Source: Candidatus Omnitrophota bacterium (GTDB taxonomy: Bacteria > Omnitrophota > Gorgyraeia > Gygaellales > Profunditerraquicolaceae). From it: a stretch of 64,000 nucleotides of DNA. Location: NCBI GenBank assembly GCA_026387335.1, contig JAPLLX010000006.1, positions 125,702-189,701 on the forward strand. Direction: 5' to 3'. The notes under the pieces were generated by a model. That model was not told the origin of the DNA, searched no databases, and worked only from the letters and a program-made list of their open reading frames with translations. The translations under genes and the position numbers were made by a program. Below, piece after piece: positions 33,171 through 42,143 of this stretch; positions within the stretch are counted from its first letter, which is position 1; every line of letters begins with the position of its first letter.

Positions 33171-34361
33171 ATGCTACATTTAATGACTATGGAAGAAACT
33201 ACCAAACTAAAACAGGAACTTGAGCGCACTAAGACCGAGCTGGGCATACTTTATGAAATCTCCAATGCCATGCGCACCACCTTAAAACTGGATGAAATCC
33301 TTTATATCATCCTTACCGGCGTAACTGCGCATATAGGCTTAGGCTTTAACCGCGCCCTGCTCTTTTTAATTAACGAAAAGGAAGGCTTGATCGAAGGCAA
33401 AATGGGGATCGGGCCGGATTCCGGCGAAGAGGCCAACCGCATTTGGGGCCAGATAGAAGGCGAAAAAATGGACCTGGATGACCTGATTAGCGCTTATAAA
33501 TTCTCCAGTAACGACAATAACGGTTTTGAATCCGGATTTAATAAACAGGTACAGCAGATCAAGGTTTCACTGGCTGATAAAAATGAAAATCTGCTATCTC
33601 TAGTGGCCCTGGAAGGAATGCCCCTGCATCTTACAAAAGAAACAATCGCTAATTACCGGAACTCTTCGATCGTCCAATCATTAAAAAGCGAGGAATTGGT
33701 CCTAATCCCTTTAAAGGCCAAAGATAAGATAAACGGCATAATTGTCGCGGATAACTTTATTACCCGCGAACCAATCAGTAAAGATGACCTGCATATGCTG
33801 GCCATGCTCGCTAACCAGGCAGGCTTAGCCATTGAAAATTCCCAACTCTATGAGAAAACCGTAATGCTGGCGCATATGGATTCCCTGACGCAGCTTTGGA
33901 ACCACGGGTATTTTCAGTATCTCTTGCAGACAGAATTAGAAAAATCCCGGGCGGAAAAAGCTCCGCTTAGTCTGATCATGCTGGATATTGACCATTTTAA
34001 AATTTACAATGACACTCTGGGTCATCAAGCTGGAGATAAGATCTTAACCGAATTAGCTTTACTCCTTAAGGATCAATCACGTAAAATGGATTTTGTCTGC
34101 CGCTACGGCGGAGAAGAATTCGCGATGGTCCTGCCCCAGGCGGACAAAAAAGAAGCGTTCTTAATCGCCGAACGCTTGAGGATGGATATTGAAAAACACG
34201 CCTTTAGCCACGAAGATATATTTCCTACTAAGAAACTCACCGTCAGCCTCGGTCTTGCGTCTTTTCCCGAGGACGGGTTAGTCCCTGCCGAACTTGTTGC
34301 GGCTTCCGACAAGGCTTTATATCAGGCCAAGAATAAAGGAAGAAATAACACCTGCTGTTAA
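33171..34361 (+). CDS. GAF-domain diguanylate cyclase (GGDEF, active-site GGEEF)
   Basis: N-terminal coiled-coil/GAF-like region, then a GGDEF domain with RYGGEEF. The true start is probably a downstream in-frame ATG (33183 or 33189), because TTGACA-17 nt-TACATT at 33152-33180 overlaps the annotated start. Confidence 0.85.
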   Translation: MLHLMTMEETTKLKQELERTKTELGILYEISNAMRTTLKLDEILYIILTGVTAHIGLGFNRALLFLINEKEGLIEGKMGIGPDSGEEANRIWGQIEGEKMDLDDLISAYKFSSNDNNGFESGFNKQVQQIKVSLADKNENLLSLVALEGMPLHLTKETIANYRNSSIVQSLKSEELVLIPLKAKDKINGIIVADNFITREPISKDDLHMLAMLANQAGLAIENSQLYEKTVMLAHMDSLTQLWNHGYFQYLLQTELEKSRAEKAPLSLIMLDIDHFKIYNDTLGHQAGDKILTELALLLKDQSRKMDFVCRYGGEEFAMVLPQADKKEAFLIAERLRMDIEKHAFSHEDIFPTKKLTVSLGLASFPEDGLVPAELVAASDKALYQAKNKGRNNTCC

Positions 34362-37300
34362 ACCGCTACGGCTTCGTCTTTTACTTCCGCTGCGTCCTCT
34401 TTCTTATCGTGAGCAAATTTAACTGAAACAATCTTAGATATCCCGGAATTCTCCATAGTGATCCCATACATGACATTGGCGTTAATAATAGTCTTTTTAT
34501 TATGGGTAATCACAATAAACTGCGAGCCTTTGGCAAATTCCTGCAACACCCTTGAGAACCTGTCCACATTCGCCTCATCCAATGCCGCGTCGATCTCATC
34601 CAGGATACAGAAAGGCGAAGGCTTTACTTTGAATATGGCAAAGATAAGAGCGATAGCCGACATGGATTTCTCGCCGCCCGATAATAAAAGCACATTTTGT
34701 AACTTCTTGCCCGGAGGCCGGCAAATAATTTCAATACCTGACTCCAGGGGATCCTGTTCATCGATCAGATACACCTGAGCGTCTCCGCCGTTAAAAAGCA
34801 GGCGGAAATAGTTACGGAATTCCTCCCGCACCTTCTGGAACGTCTCCATAAACATCTGCTTAGTGGTACGGTTAATTTTTAATATCGCCTGATGCAGCGA
34901 TTCTTTGGCCGTCATAAGGTCTGTCTGCTGCTGGATAAGGAAATCATAACGTTTCTTCAATTCATCATACTCTTCAATGGCTACCAGGTTTACCGTTCCG
35001 CAAGAATCCAACTTCTTCTTTAGCTCAGCAATCTCCTGAACCAACGCGTTGACATCTATACCCTCGGGGATAGACTCAATACCCTCTAAATCTATTTTAT
35101 AGGCCTGCAGCATCCTCTCTTTGATACCCGCGTATTTATAATCTATATCTTTATCCAGCATCTGTAATTCATAAAGCTTATCTTTAAGATTATCCAACTC
35201 CAGCCTATCTGCCTCAATTTTAGCCGTTACATCTCCGGTGCCCTCGGAAACCTGGGCGTAGCGCGACTGGGCATCCTTAAGCAGGCCCGATTTAGCCTCG
35301 ATATCTTTATTATGCTCCCTGATCTTTAATTCACAGTCACCTGTTTCTTCCTTAAAAGAAGCGATCTTTTGGATAGAATCTTCGATCTGCTTCTCGGTAT
35401 TCTTTAAATTTTCTTTATCCCGGCTAAAGGTATCTTCTAAAATATTAAGCGTTTCTTCGTCTGAAATTACCCGCTTATGCAAAGACTCTAATTCCGTCTT
35501 AACTTGGGTAATCGCTACCAGTAACTCTTCCCGGGATTTATTGTTTAAGGTAACGCTATCCTCTTCCTGTAAAATAGAATCTTCGGCCAGCCTCTGGCTA
35601 TTATTTAATTCGCTAAGAGAGCCCTGAGCGGTAAGAATATTCGCCTCCAACACGGAAAGTTCTTTCTGCGTGTCATTAAGCTCTAATATAATAATATCCT
35701 CTTCCTCTTTAATTTTATTAAACTGCTCTAAAATTGTTGAGCGGGAAGTTTCTTTATTCGCCAGGTAAATTTCCTGCGCACGCAACTCCTGTTGCAAAGA
35801 TGAAATCGCCTTATTCATCCCCTCGATCCCGGCCTCCTTAGACTGTTTTGTATTTTTTAAAACATCCAGTTCCCCCAGGATCTTAGCGATTTTTTCATCG
35901 ATTTTACGCGTATCCAATTCAATGGGCTTGGCTTCGCCGGTCAGTTTAAAATTAGCCGGAAGATAAGCCTTATCTTCATCAGTCAGGCCGCTAAAATCAT
36001 TTATTTTAATCACCAGGCCGCTGGTCTTCTCTGTAGGGAGTTTATCTAAATACACAACCGCATTCATTGTCTCAGCTGTATCCAGGTATTTTTCCTTGAG
36101 TTTCTCCAGAAATTCTTTGTGCGATTCTAATGTCAGTTTTTGCCTTTCCAGATCCTCAATTTCCGTGTTAATCCCGCTTAACGCCAGCCCTTCCCCTTCT
36201 AAATCGCTCTTTACTGCCGTAATTTTTTGCAATAAATCACTGACTATAGCCTTCACCGAATCAACTTCCTGCGTAACCTTACTTAAACTTTCTTCAGTAA
36301 TGGCTTTTTCTTCATATACTTTTGCTTTATCAATTTCAAGCCTCTTCTTTCGTGAAATAAACACCTGCTGCTGGGAGTTAAATTCGGAAATCTGGTTTCT
36401 GGCCGCGGCTAACCTCACCACCAGATCCATTATCTCTTTCTTTAAACTTACAATTTTGGCTAAAGAGTTTTTTATATTTTGGGCATGAATACTTATCTGT
36501 TCTTCCTTCCCGGTCAAAGCGCGGGATTTTTCCTCAATAATACTTTTTAAGCCTTGGTACTCCCGCCTTACTTCATTTAATTTTTGTTCGTCAACAATGA
36601 GCTTACTCCTTACTTCGCCTATCTGTCCCTCTAAGGCGGCCTTGGCCCCTTCTAATTCCAAAGTTTTTTCTTTATTAAAGTTTATCCGTTCATTATTCCG
36701 GATTACCTGACTTTCCAAATTGAGCAGGTCGTTCTTTACCAACATTATATTCTCTTCCAGGACCTTTAGTTCGCTTGAGCGGGAGGCGATTTTCGCTTCT
36801 TGTTCGTGAATAACCTTTAAAAGCCCTTCTTCCCGCAGCTGCAGCTCTTTTAACTGGGAGATAACCTTATCCTTTTGGGTTAAAAGTTCCCTTTTAGTTA
36901 AAACCCCCTGCTCTACCTCTTTATTCTTAAGCTCTTCAAAAATCTCTCTGTATTTACGCGCGCGGTTAGCCTGACGCTCAAGGCTTCCGATTTGACGCTT
37001 TACCTCAATGACTATATCGTTGACCCGCAAAAGATTCTGCTCGGTTTCTTCTAACCTGCGGGTAGCTTCTCTTTTCTGAGCTTTGTATTTGGTGATCCCG
37101 GAGGCCTCATCAAAAACTAAACGCCTATCCTCCGGCCTTGAACTTAAGACCAGGTCAATCTTGCCTTGAGCGATTATAGAATAACTCTCGGCCCCTATAC
37201 CGGTGCCTAAAAGCAAATCTAAAATATCCTTCAGGCGGACCTGACTCTTATTCAAAAGGTATTCGCTTTCTCCCGAACGAAAGAGCCTGCGGGTAATCGC

Positions 37301-37594
37301 GACTTCGTCATTATCAAAATTAAAAAAACGGGCCTGGTTATCAAACGTCAAAGTCACTTCAGCCATGCCTAACGGCTCCTTATTATCCGTGCCGTTAAAT
37401 ATGACATCCAACATCTCCGAGCCGCGCAAAGACTTAGCTGACTGCTCGCCTAAAACCCAACGTATGGAATCAAAGATATTAGATTTACCGCAGCCATTCG
37501 GCCCCACGACCGCGGTAATGCCCGGCTCAAAATGTAAGGTGGTCTTATCGCAGAAAGATTTAAAGCCTAACAGTTCAAGTTTTTTAAAGTACAT
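34358..37594 (-). CDS. smc: Chromosome partition protein Smc
   Basis: 1078 aa; N-terminal Walker A (GPNGCGKSN), long coiled coils with a hinge, C-terminal signature LSGGEKS and Walker B ILDEIDAALD. Confidence 0.92.
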   Translation of the reverse strand: MYFKKLELLGFKSFCDKTTLHFEPGITAVVGPNGCGKSNIFDSIRWVLGEQSAKSLRGSEMLDVIFNGTDNKEPLGMAEVTLTFDNQARFFNFDNDEVAITRRLFRSGESEYLLNKSQVRLKDILDLLLGTGIGAESYSIIAQGKIDLVLSSRPEDRRLVFDEASGITKYKAQKREATRRLEETEQNLLRVNDIVIEVKRQIGSLERQANRARKYREIFEELKNKEVEQGVLTKRELLTQKDKVISQLKELQLREEGLLKVIHEQEAKIASRSSELKVLEENIMLVKNDLLNLESQVIRNNERINFNKEKTLELEGAKAALEGQIGEVRSKLIVDEQKLNEVRREYQGLKSIIEEKSRALTGKEEQISIHAQNIKNSLAKIVSLKKEIMDLVVRLAAARNQISEFNSQQQVFISRKKRLEIDKAKVYEEKAITEESLSKVTQEVDSVKAIVSDLLQKITAVKSDLEGEGLALSGINTEIEDLERQKLTLESHKEFLEKLKEKYLDTAETMNAVVYLDKLPTEKTSGLVIKINDFSGLTDEDKAYLPANFKLTGEAKPIELDTRKIDEKIAKILGELDVLKNTKQSKEAGIEGMNKAISSLQQELRAQEIYLANKETSRSTILEQFNKIKEEEDIIILELNDTQKELSVLEANILTAQGSLSELNNSQRLAEDSILQEEDSVTLNNKSREELLVAITQVKTELESLHKRVISDEETLNILEDTFSRDKENLKNTEKQIEDSIQKIASFKEETGDCELKIREHNKDIEAKSGLLKDAQSRYAQVSEGTGDVTAKIEADRLELDNLKDKLYELQMLDKDIDYKYAGIKERMLQAYKIDLEGIESIPEGIDVNALVQEIAELKKKLDSCGTVNLVAIEEYDELKKRYDFLIQQQTDLMTAKESLHQAILKINRTTKQMFMETFQKVREEFRNYFRLLFNGGDAQVYLIDEQDPLESGIEIICRPPGKKLQNVLLLSGGEKSMSAIALIFAIFKVKPSPFCILDEIDAALDEANVDRFSRVLQEFAKGSQFIVITHNKKTIINANVMYGITMENSGISKIVSVKFAHDKKEDAAEVKDEAVAV

Positions 37595-37608
37595 GTTTTC
37601 TCCTTAAT

Positions 37609-37788
37609 CTAATGCTGTTGGGACTGGTTCTCCAGCCACGCGTCAATTTTATCTTTTTTAAACCGCCACTGCCCTACTAATTTCAGCGCAGGGATCTTAT
37701 TATGTTTTACCCAATCATAAATAGTCCGGCGGGTAACTTTCAGGTAACCCGCTAAATCTTCAATCGTCATTAATCCGCTGCTGAGCAT
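37609..37788 (-). CDS. Small excisionase/MerR-type helix-turn-helix DNA-binding protein (59 aa; below the ORF-track length cutoff)
   Basis: Minus-strand ORF MLSSGLMTIEDLAGYLKVTRRTIYDWVKHNKIPALKLVGQWRFKKDKIDAWLENQSQQH, a classic AlpA/excisionase-family HTH. RBS AAGGAGAAG; its stop is 14 nt upstream of the smc start. Confidence 0.7.
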   Translation of the reverse strand: MLSSGLMTIEDLAGYLKVTRRTIYDWVKHNKIPALKLVGQWRFKKDKIDAWLENQSQQH

Positions 37789-37817
37789 ATCTTCTCCTTA
37801 AAGGAACAATTGTTCAC

Positions 37818-37846
37818 ATTATAGGGAAAGAAATAATTCTTGTCAA
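37818..37846 (-). promoter_or_regulatory. Perfect consensus sigma70 promoter driving the HTH gene (and probably smc)
   Basis: Minus strand TTGACA (37841-37846), an exactly 17-nt spacer, then TATAAT (37818-37823), followed by RBS AAGGAG and the ATG at 37788. The -35 lies inside an inverted repeat TTGTCAAGG / CCTTGACA (37840-37870). Confidence 0.65.
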
Positions 37847-37961
37847 GGAAAATCTTAACATCCCTTGACATAAAGATGCAATTAGGGCTATTATGTTGAT
37901 AAATGATGCAGGAATATGCTAAATAATCTTAGCATTAACTCTATGGCGGGCAATGACTTAT

Positions 37962-38873
37962 TTATAAAAACCAGGTTATCAAGGCACCTAAAAACATCCA
38001 GGTAGCAAAGGGAAGATTTTTTTTAACAATTCTATCCGCATGCAGGTCTACTATCCTTTGAAACAGCGGCGCCAAAAGTATGACTAACAAAGTTTTTCCC
38101 AATATGCTTTTTATATCCAGGACAAACCGCTCCCAGGGGTAATCCATCTTTAAAAAAACATAGCCCATTAAAATTAAAAGGGCTAAGGATATCATTTTGA
38201 TATTTTTGTTAAAAAATCTGGAAAGCGGCGTAAACACAAATAAAGAAATTACTATAAGAATATTCTGATCGCCTGGAATCCTGCTCCCAAACAGATTGTA
38301 TAGCGACACATTGATCACCTTAAACAACAAAAAAAAGAAAAAAAACCCCAACAGGATATCACCGGCTTTGACTATATTAAATTTTGCCAGCTTTCCCTTA
38401 ATGAACCCATAAATCTTATCTCCAGGCTTAGAAAAATTAAACGTATTAGCAAAATAAACCCCGGACTTCACAATCAAAAATATGGTAGGCGGTATAAAAA
38501 TAGCCGACAATAATAAAAAGGCGGCAAAATAATAATTAAAATATACTTTAGAATATTGTCCTATAGGGATAAGCGCAACATAACAAACAAACAACTTAGC
38601 ATCGCCGGCCCCCCACATTCTAAAATGCCATAATACGTAAGCAACCAAACCGCTGATGAGCAAGTTTATGCACCATTTATCAAAGTTCCAGGTTAAGCCA
38701 GGGTTGGTCAGAGAGGGCTTACAGAAAATCCAAATCAAGGCGTAAGCAAAAAAAGAATAAAGCAGGCCAAGGATGACCCATTTATTTTTAATCTTGCTTT
38801 CCTTTATATCTTCGTAACTGGTAATAAAACCGATAAGAAGAATTATGGGTAGGAAAATTACATTGCTTGCCAT
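37962..38873 (-). CDS. A24-family prepilin peptidase-like membrane protein (CpaA/TadV/FlaK-like) with a long C-terminal polytopic extension
   Basis: 303 aa polytopic membrane protein. First catalytic-Asp context (YEDIKESKIKNKWVI, compare D-x5-IPN) and second motif (WGAGDAKLF, compare GGGDVKLL) both match A24 aspartic peptidases. Confidence 0.6.
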   Translation of the reverse strand: MASNVIFLPIILLIGFITSYEDIKESKIKNKWVILGLLYSFFAYALIWIFCKPSLTNPGLTWNFDKWCINLLISGLVAYVLWHFRMWGAGDAKLFVCYVALIPIGQYSKVYFNYYFAAFLLLSAIFIPPTIFLIVKSGVYFANTFNFSKPGDKIYGFIKGKLAKFNIVKAGDILLGFFFFFLLFKVINVSLYNLFGSRIPGDQNILIVISLFVFTPLSRFFNKNIKMISLALLILMGYVFLKMDYPWERFVLDIKSILGKTLLVILLAPLFQRIVDLHADRIVKKNLPFATWMFLGALITWFL

Positions 38874-38876
38874 AGT

Positions 38877-39356
38877 TTAGACTCTAGAGGTACGCTTGCT
38901 TACTTCCGAAACCATTTTTTTAAATTCCGAGTAAGTACCGCCGGCTAATTTTAAGTATTTATAGTAATACATTACGTAGCTATAATTAAATAATATCCCC
39001 CGGCTTATCCTATATTCCCCGTTATGCCTTAAAACAAAGGCCAGATCCATCCAATTATCCAGGTTATCCGGATTAAGCGCAATCGCCTTTAAAAAATATT
39101 CCTTGGCCTTCTTGAAATCCTCACTAATATAATAAACATACCCGGCTAAAGCCAGGATGGTCTCATCCTCTTGCGCTTTTAACCAATCATTGATTTTTCC
39201 TTTTAATTGATTAAACTTCGAAGGGCAGGAATAATATAAAACTGCTAATTGAGGAAAGAGCGAGTCCTCCCTCTCGGCATAACCGGATACATTATTAGTT
39301 TTGCGGGGGAAAATCCGGAAGCCGCAGATAATGTCGAATTCTTCAGGAATAGTCAT
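38877..39356 (-). CDS. TPR-repeat protein
   Basis: 159 aa; KAKEYFLKAIALNPDNLDNWMDLAFVLRHNGEY is a typical TPR unit. Confidence 0.55.
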   Translation of the reverse strand: MTIPEEFDIICGFRIFPRKTNNVSGYAEREDSLFPQLAVLYYSCPSKFNQLKGKINDWLKAQEDETILALAGYVYYISEDFKKAKEYFLKAIALNPDNLDNWMDLAFVLRHNGEYRISRGILFNYSYVMYYYKYLKLAGGTYSEFKKMVSEVSKRTSRV

Positions 39357-40328
39357 TTAGTTAAATTGGATAATAAAAGGGGTTTCGGGAGCAAACTGCT
39401 TTTTTTGCCATTTGATTCTTTTTATCGCCCTGCCCCTTTTTAAGATTACCGTATCCTTACCTTCCAAAAATACACAATCGCCTCTTTTTAAATCAGCTTC
39501 ATAAAGGTTATTCTCCGGCATCTGCCCGATAAAATAAACATTTTTATAATATATCCTTTTATTTTTTATCTCACCCTCAAAAGCGTAAAATTTTCTCTCG
39601 TAAAAGACAAGCAGAGGCAATTTCAGATGCCTGTCAATATTCCTGACTAATTCCGGTTCCTCCTCATAAATAGCGCTCCTTATCTTCTTGGTCAAACTCA
39701 GGGTCTTGGCGCAATCATAAGAACAGGGCATATGATAAATATAAGAATACGTCACATCTTTAGTAAAAGGGTTGCACAGGAACGGATGCTTACCTTGAGG
39801 CGTATTTTTTAGTATCTCATAAAGGTGGCTGTACTTATTCCAGTTATTATATTTCCGAAAGAAAGCGACACAGCAGGCCGGATAGCCCAGGTCATGCCCG
39901 AATTTGAAAGCGTCTATCAACGGTTTATCGATAACCCTGTTTTTTATGATCAAAGGGTACCATCCGTTTCGAAGAGCCTTATCTAAGTTATTTTTTGTTT
40001 TAGCTACGAAGACATGGACAGCGCTATTGACCCGCGGCTGATTTAACGGCAAGCCAAAAGCGGTAGTGGTAGTTAAACGCTCCCTGCCCACAATACCCAT
40101 AGGTAGATCTGTTTTTTTGACTACATCAAAAATAGTATCTGGCTCAACAAAAAGCCCGTAGCTGGCACATATATTATTATACGCCTTAAGCCTGTTTACC
40201 GGTATCCAATCATCCATACAGGGCTTGATTCCCTTAATGGTAGCCATAATCATTACCAATTGGCCGCTATAGCCTTTTATCTCCACAAATTCCCTGCAGA
40301 ACTTTTTAGGCAAAAATGGCTCAAACAT
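39357..40328 (-). CDS. Hypothetical protein with conserved Cys/His motifs (GYPACC ... HMPCSYDC)
   Basis: 323 aa ORF tightly packed in the operon (0-nt gap to the TPR gene; 1-nt overlap with the upstream rSAM gene). No family recognised from sequence alone. Confidence 0.4.
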   Translation of the reverse strand: MFEPFLPKKFCREFVEIKGYSGQLVMIMATIKGIKPCMDDWIPVNRLKAYNNICASYGLFVEPDTIFDVVKKTDLPMGIVGRERLTTTTAFGLPLNQPRVNSAVHVFVAKTKNNLDKALRNGWYPLIIKNRVIDKPLIDAFKFGHDLGYPACCVAFFRKYNNWNKYSHLYEILKNTPQGKHPFLCNPFTKDVTYSYIYHMPCSYDCAKTLSLTKKIRSAIYEEEPELVRNIDRHLKLPLLVFYERKFYAFEGEIKNKRIYYKNVYFIGQMPENNLYEADLKRGDCVFLEGKDTVILKRGRAIKRIKWQKKQFAPETPFIIQFN

Positions 40329-41212
40329 TATTTAATAGGTTTAAATTCATTCCAACCAAAAATCTCCGGATATTCACGCCAAGGCCCCTCGCAACATTTA
40401 AAATACCTGCATTTCTTACAATTCGGTCCCTTAAGCTTCCCCTCTTCCTTGCGCCAACGGCTGAAATCCTCATTTATCTTTACATCAAAAACCTTGGTTT
40501 CCGGTATATGCTGCTCCGCTATACAATCCCGGTATTTGCCCAAAAGACAATAAGGTATCGCCTCTGTCCTGACGATCCTGCCTCTGGCGATCCCGATCTT
40601 TAAACCTTTTTTGACATAAGGCATGATCTCTTTTTTCCGGGGGACTATAAAACTAATATTCTTAAGGGCATTCCCTAAAATATGAGGATAAGCAAATTGA
40701 TACTGCGGTACGCCTAAATCGATCAGAAAATCAGCGATTTCGGGTAAGAAACGGTAGTTTTTCTGGTTAATGACCGTATTCGTGACCACCATCTTACCTA
40801 AGGATAAAATATTTTTAATACCCGCGCTACTCTGTTGGAAACTTCCTCTGGCGCCGGTAAGGTAATCATGTAACCTGGCATTATGTCCATGGATAGATAC
40901 GGCAAACATATCCGCCCCTGCCTTAATTATATCCCTACAAAAATCTTTATAAACAAACATCCGGCCATTAGTCTGAAGCTGCACCTTATACCCTAAACCC
41001 TTGGCAAAACTGACCAATCCTATGATATTAGGCCTTAAGGTAAGTTCACCGCCGGTAAATACCACCTCCCCAAAAGCTTTCCTGGACTTTTTTAAAATCT
41101 CCTTGATCTCTTGATCGCTCTTATCGGGGCAAAAATCCCTTTTATCGCCCTGTACGCAAAATTTACAGTGGTTATTGCATTTAAAACTAACCTTGATGTC
41201 AATACGATTCAT
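40328..41212 (-). CDS. Radical SAM protein with C-terminal Cys-rich (SPASM/twitch-like) region
   Basis: CNNHCKFC (CxxxCxxC) at residues 12-19; FTGGELTL glycine-rich motif; C-terminal CKKCRYFKCCEGPW. Confidence 0.85.
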   Translation of the reverse strand: MNRIDIKVSFKCNNHCKFCVQGDKRDFCPDKSDQEIKEILKKSRKAFGEVVFTGGELTLRPNIIGLVSFAKGLGYKVQLQTNGRMFVYKDFCRDIIKAGADMFAVSIHGHNARLHDYLTGARGSFQQSSAGIKNILSLGKMVVTNTVINQKNYRFLPEIADFLIDLGVPQYQFAYPHILGNALKNISFIVPRKKEIMPYVKKGLKIGIARGRIVRTEAIPYCLLGKYRDCIAEQHIPETKVFDVKINEDFSRWRKEEGKLKGPNCKKCRYFKCCEGPWREYPEIFGWNEFKPIK

Positions 41213-42135
41213 CTAAAATATACTCCTATTTCTTTATTTTCCAGCGTTAAATACGACACGCCGGCGGAGATACCCTCTATTATAGCACCGGTAGAAATTA
41301 ACCAGCTATTTAATCGCGCTGGGACAGGCTTCATAATAGGCTGTAACGATTTAAATGGGGTCGGCTTTTTAAGGCGGGCCCAAATTTTAACTGATTCAAT
41401 GCGGGACGTTTTATCTATGCGATAAAGAAAACCGATATGTCTTAAGGGAATCTTCCCTATGACAGCAAGATAATGCCCCAGATATATATCTTTGCTGTTT
41501 TGATATTTCCTGTACGCCCTTGGTATATCAGATAGATTAAACGCGGGACGTAAAATTGTATAAATTTTAAGCCGGCAACAACCATTATGTAAAAAATCAA
41601 TTCCTATCGCGTCAAACTGCGTATCTAAAAAATTGTTTTTTAATTTCAGCCAGCTTAAACCTAAAAGAGCGCAGAGCCTCTCCATTAAATAACCGCATTG
41701 AGCGTTATCGCTGATAACGCTAAGATATATTTTCATTACAGGCGGTTTGTTTTTTTTAAGCGTATACCCGAATTGAACAGGCCAGGAGGTATCATCCATA
41801 GAAGAAGTCAGGTCTTTTAGTATATTTAAATTAAACCTAAAACCTGATTCCTTATTCACGTAGCTGATTATACTGGCGATAGATTCAATCCTTTTCTTCC
41901 TTAAGACCCTGATTTTATTATAAGGAAGACCCGGCTTGTAAAAATTAAGGTGGAGTAATCGGATAGCTCTTTCAGAAGAAACAAGCGAAGACTCAAATGT
42001 ATTCAGGCCGCCGGAGGATCCGCCAAGACTACTGCTCCAGAGCATTTTTGTAATCTTATTCAGGTCTAATGACGAATAAATATCCCATTTTTTAGTTAAG
42101 GATAAGATTAAATTTTGTACCTGGGCGCCTTGCAT
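41209..42135 (-). CDS. Hypothetical protein
   Basis: 308 aa, with a repeated strand-like K(I/V)Y/W pattern (MKIYLSV, CRLKIYT, VKIWARL). No confident family assignment. Confidence 0.35.
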   Translation of the reverse strand: MQGAQVQNLILSLTKKWDIYSSLDLNKITKMLWSSSLGGSSGGLNTFESSLVSSERAIRLLHLNFYKPGLPYNKIRVLRKKRIESIASIISYVNKESGFRFNLNILKDLTSSMDDTSWPVQFGYTLKKNKPPVMKIYLSVISDNAQCGYLMERLCALLGLSWLKLKNNFLDTQFDAIGIDFLHNGCCRLKIYTILRPAFNLSDIPRAYRKYQNSKDIYLGHYLAVIGKIPLRHIGFLYRIDKTSRIESVKIWARLKKPTPFKSLQPIMKPVPARLNSWLISTGAIIEGISAGVSYLTLENKEIGVYFR

Positions 42136-42143
42136 ATTCTAAC

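Noticed and set aside
33171-33182. Annotated ATG start of the GGDEF gene at 33171
   Set aside because: A good -35/-10 pair (TTGACA 33152-33157, TACATT 33175-33180) overlaps it. Translation more likely starts at the in-frame ATG at 33183 or 33189, but without data the ORF-track coordinates were kept.
37609-37961. Genomic-island boundary with mobile-element hallmarks (excisionase-type HTH next to the AT-rich block)
   Set aside because: No integrase, transposase, flanking tRNA or direct att-like repeats were found, and the HTH gene appears co-transcribed with smc. Horizontal origin of the block remains plausible only from composition, so it was not annotated as a mobile element.
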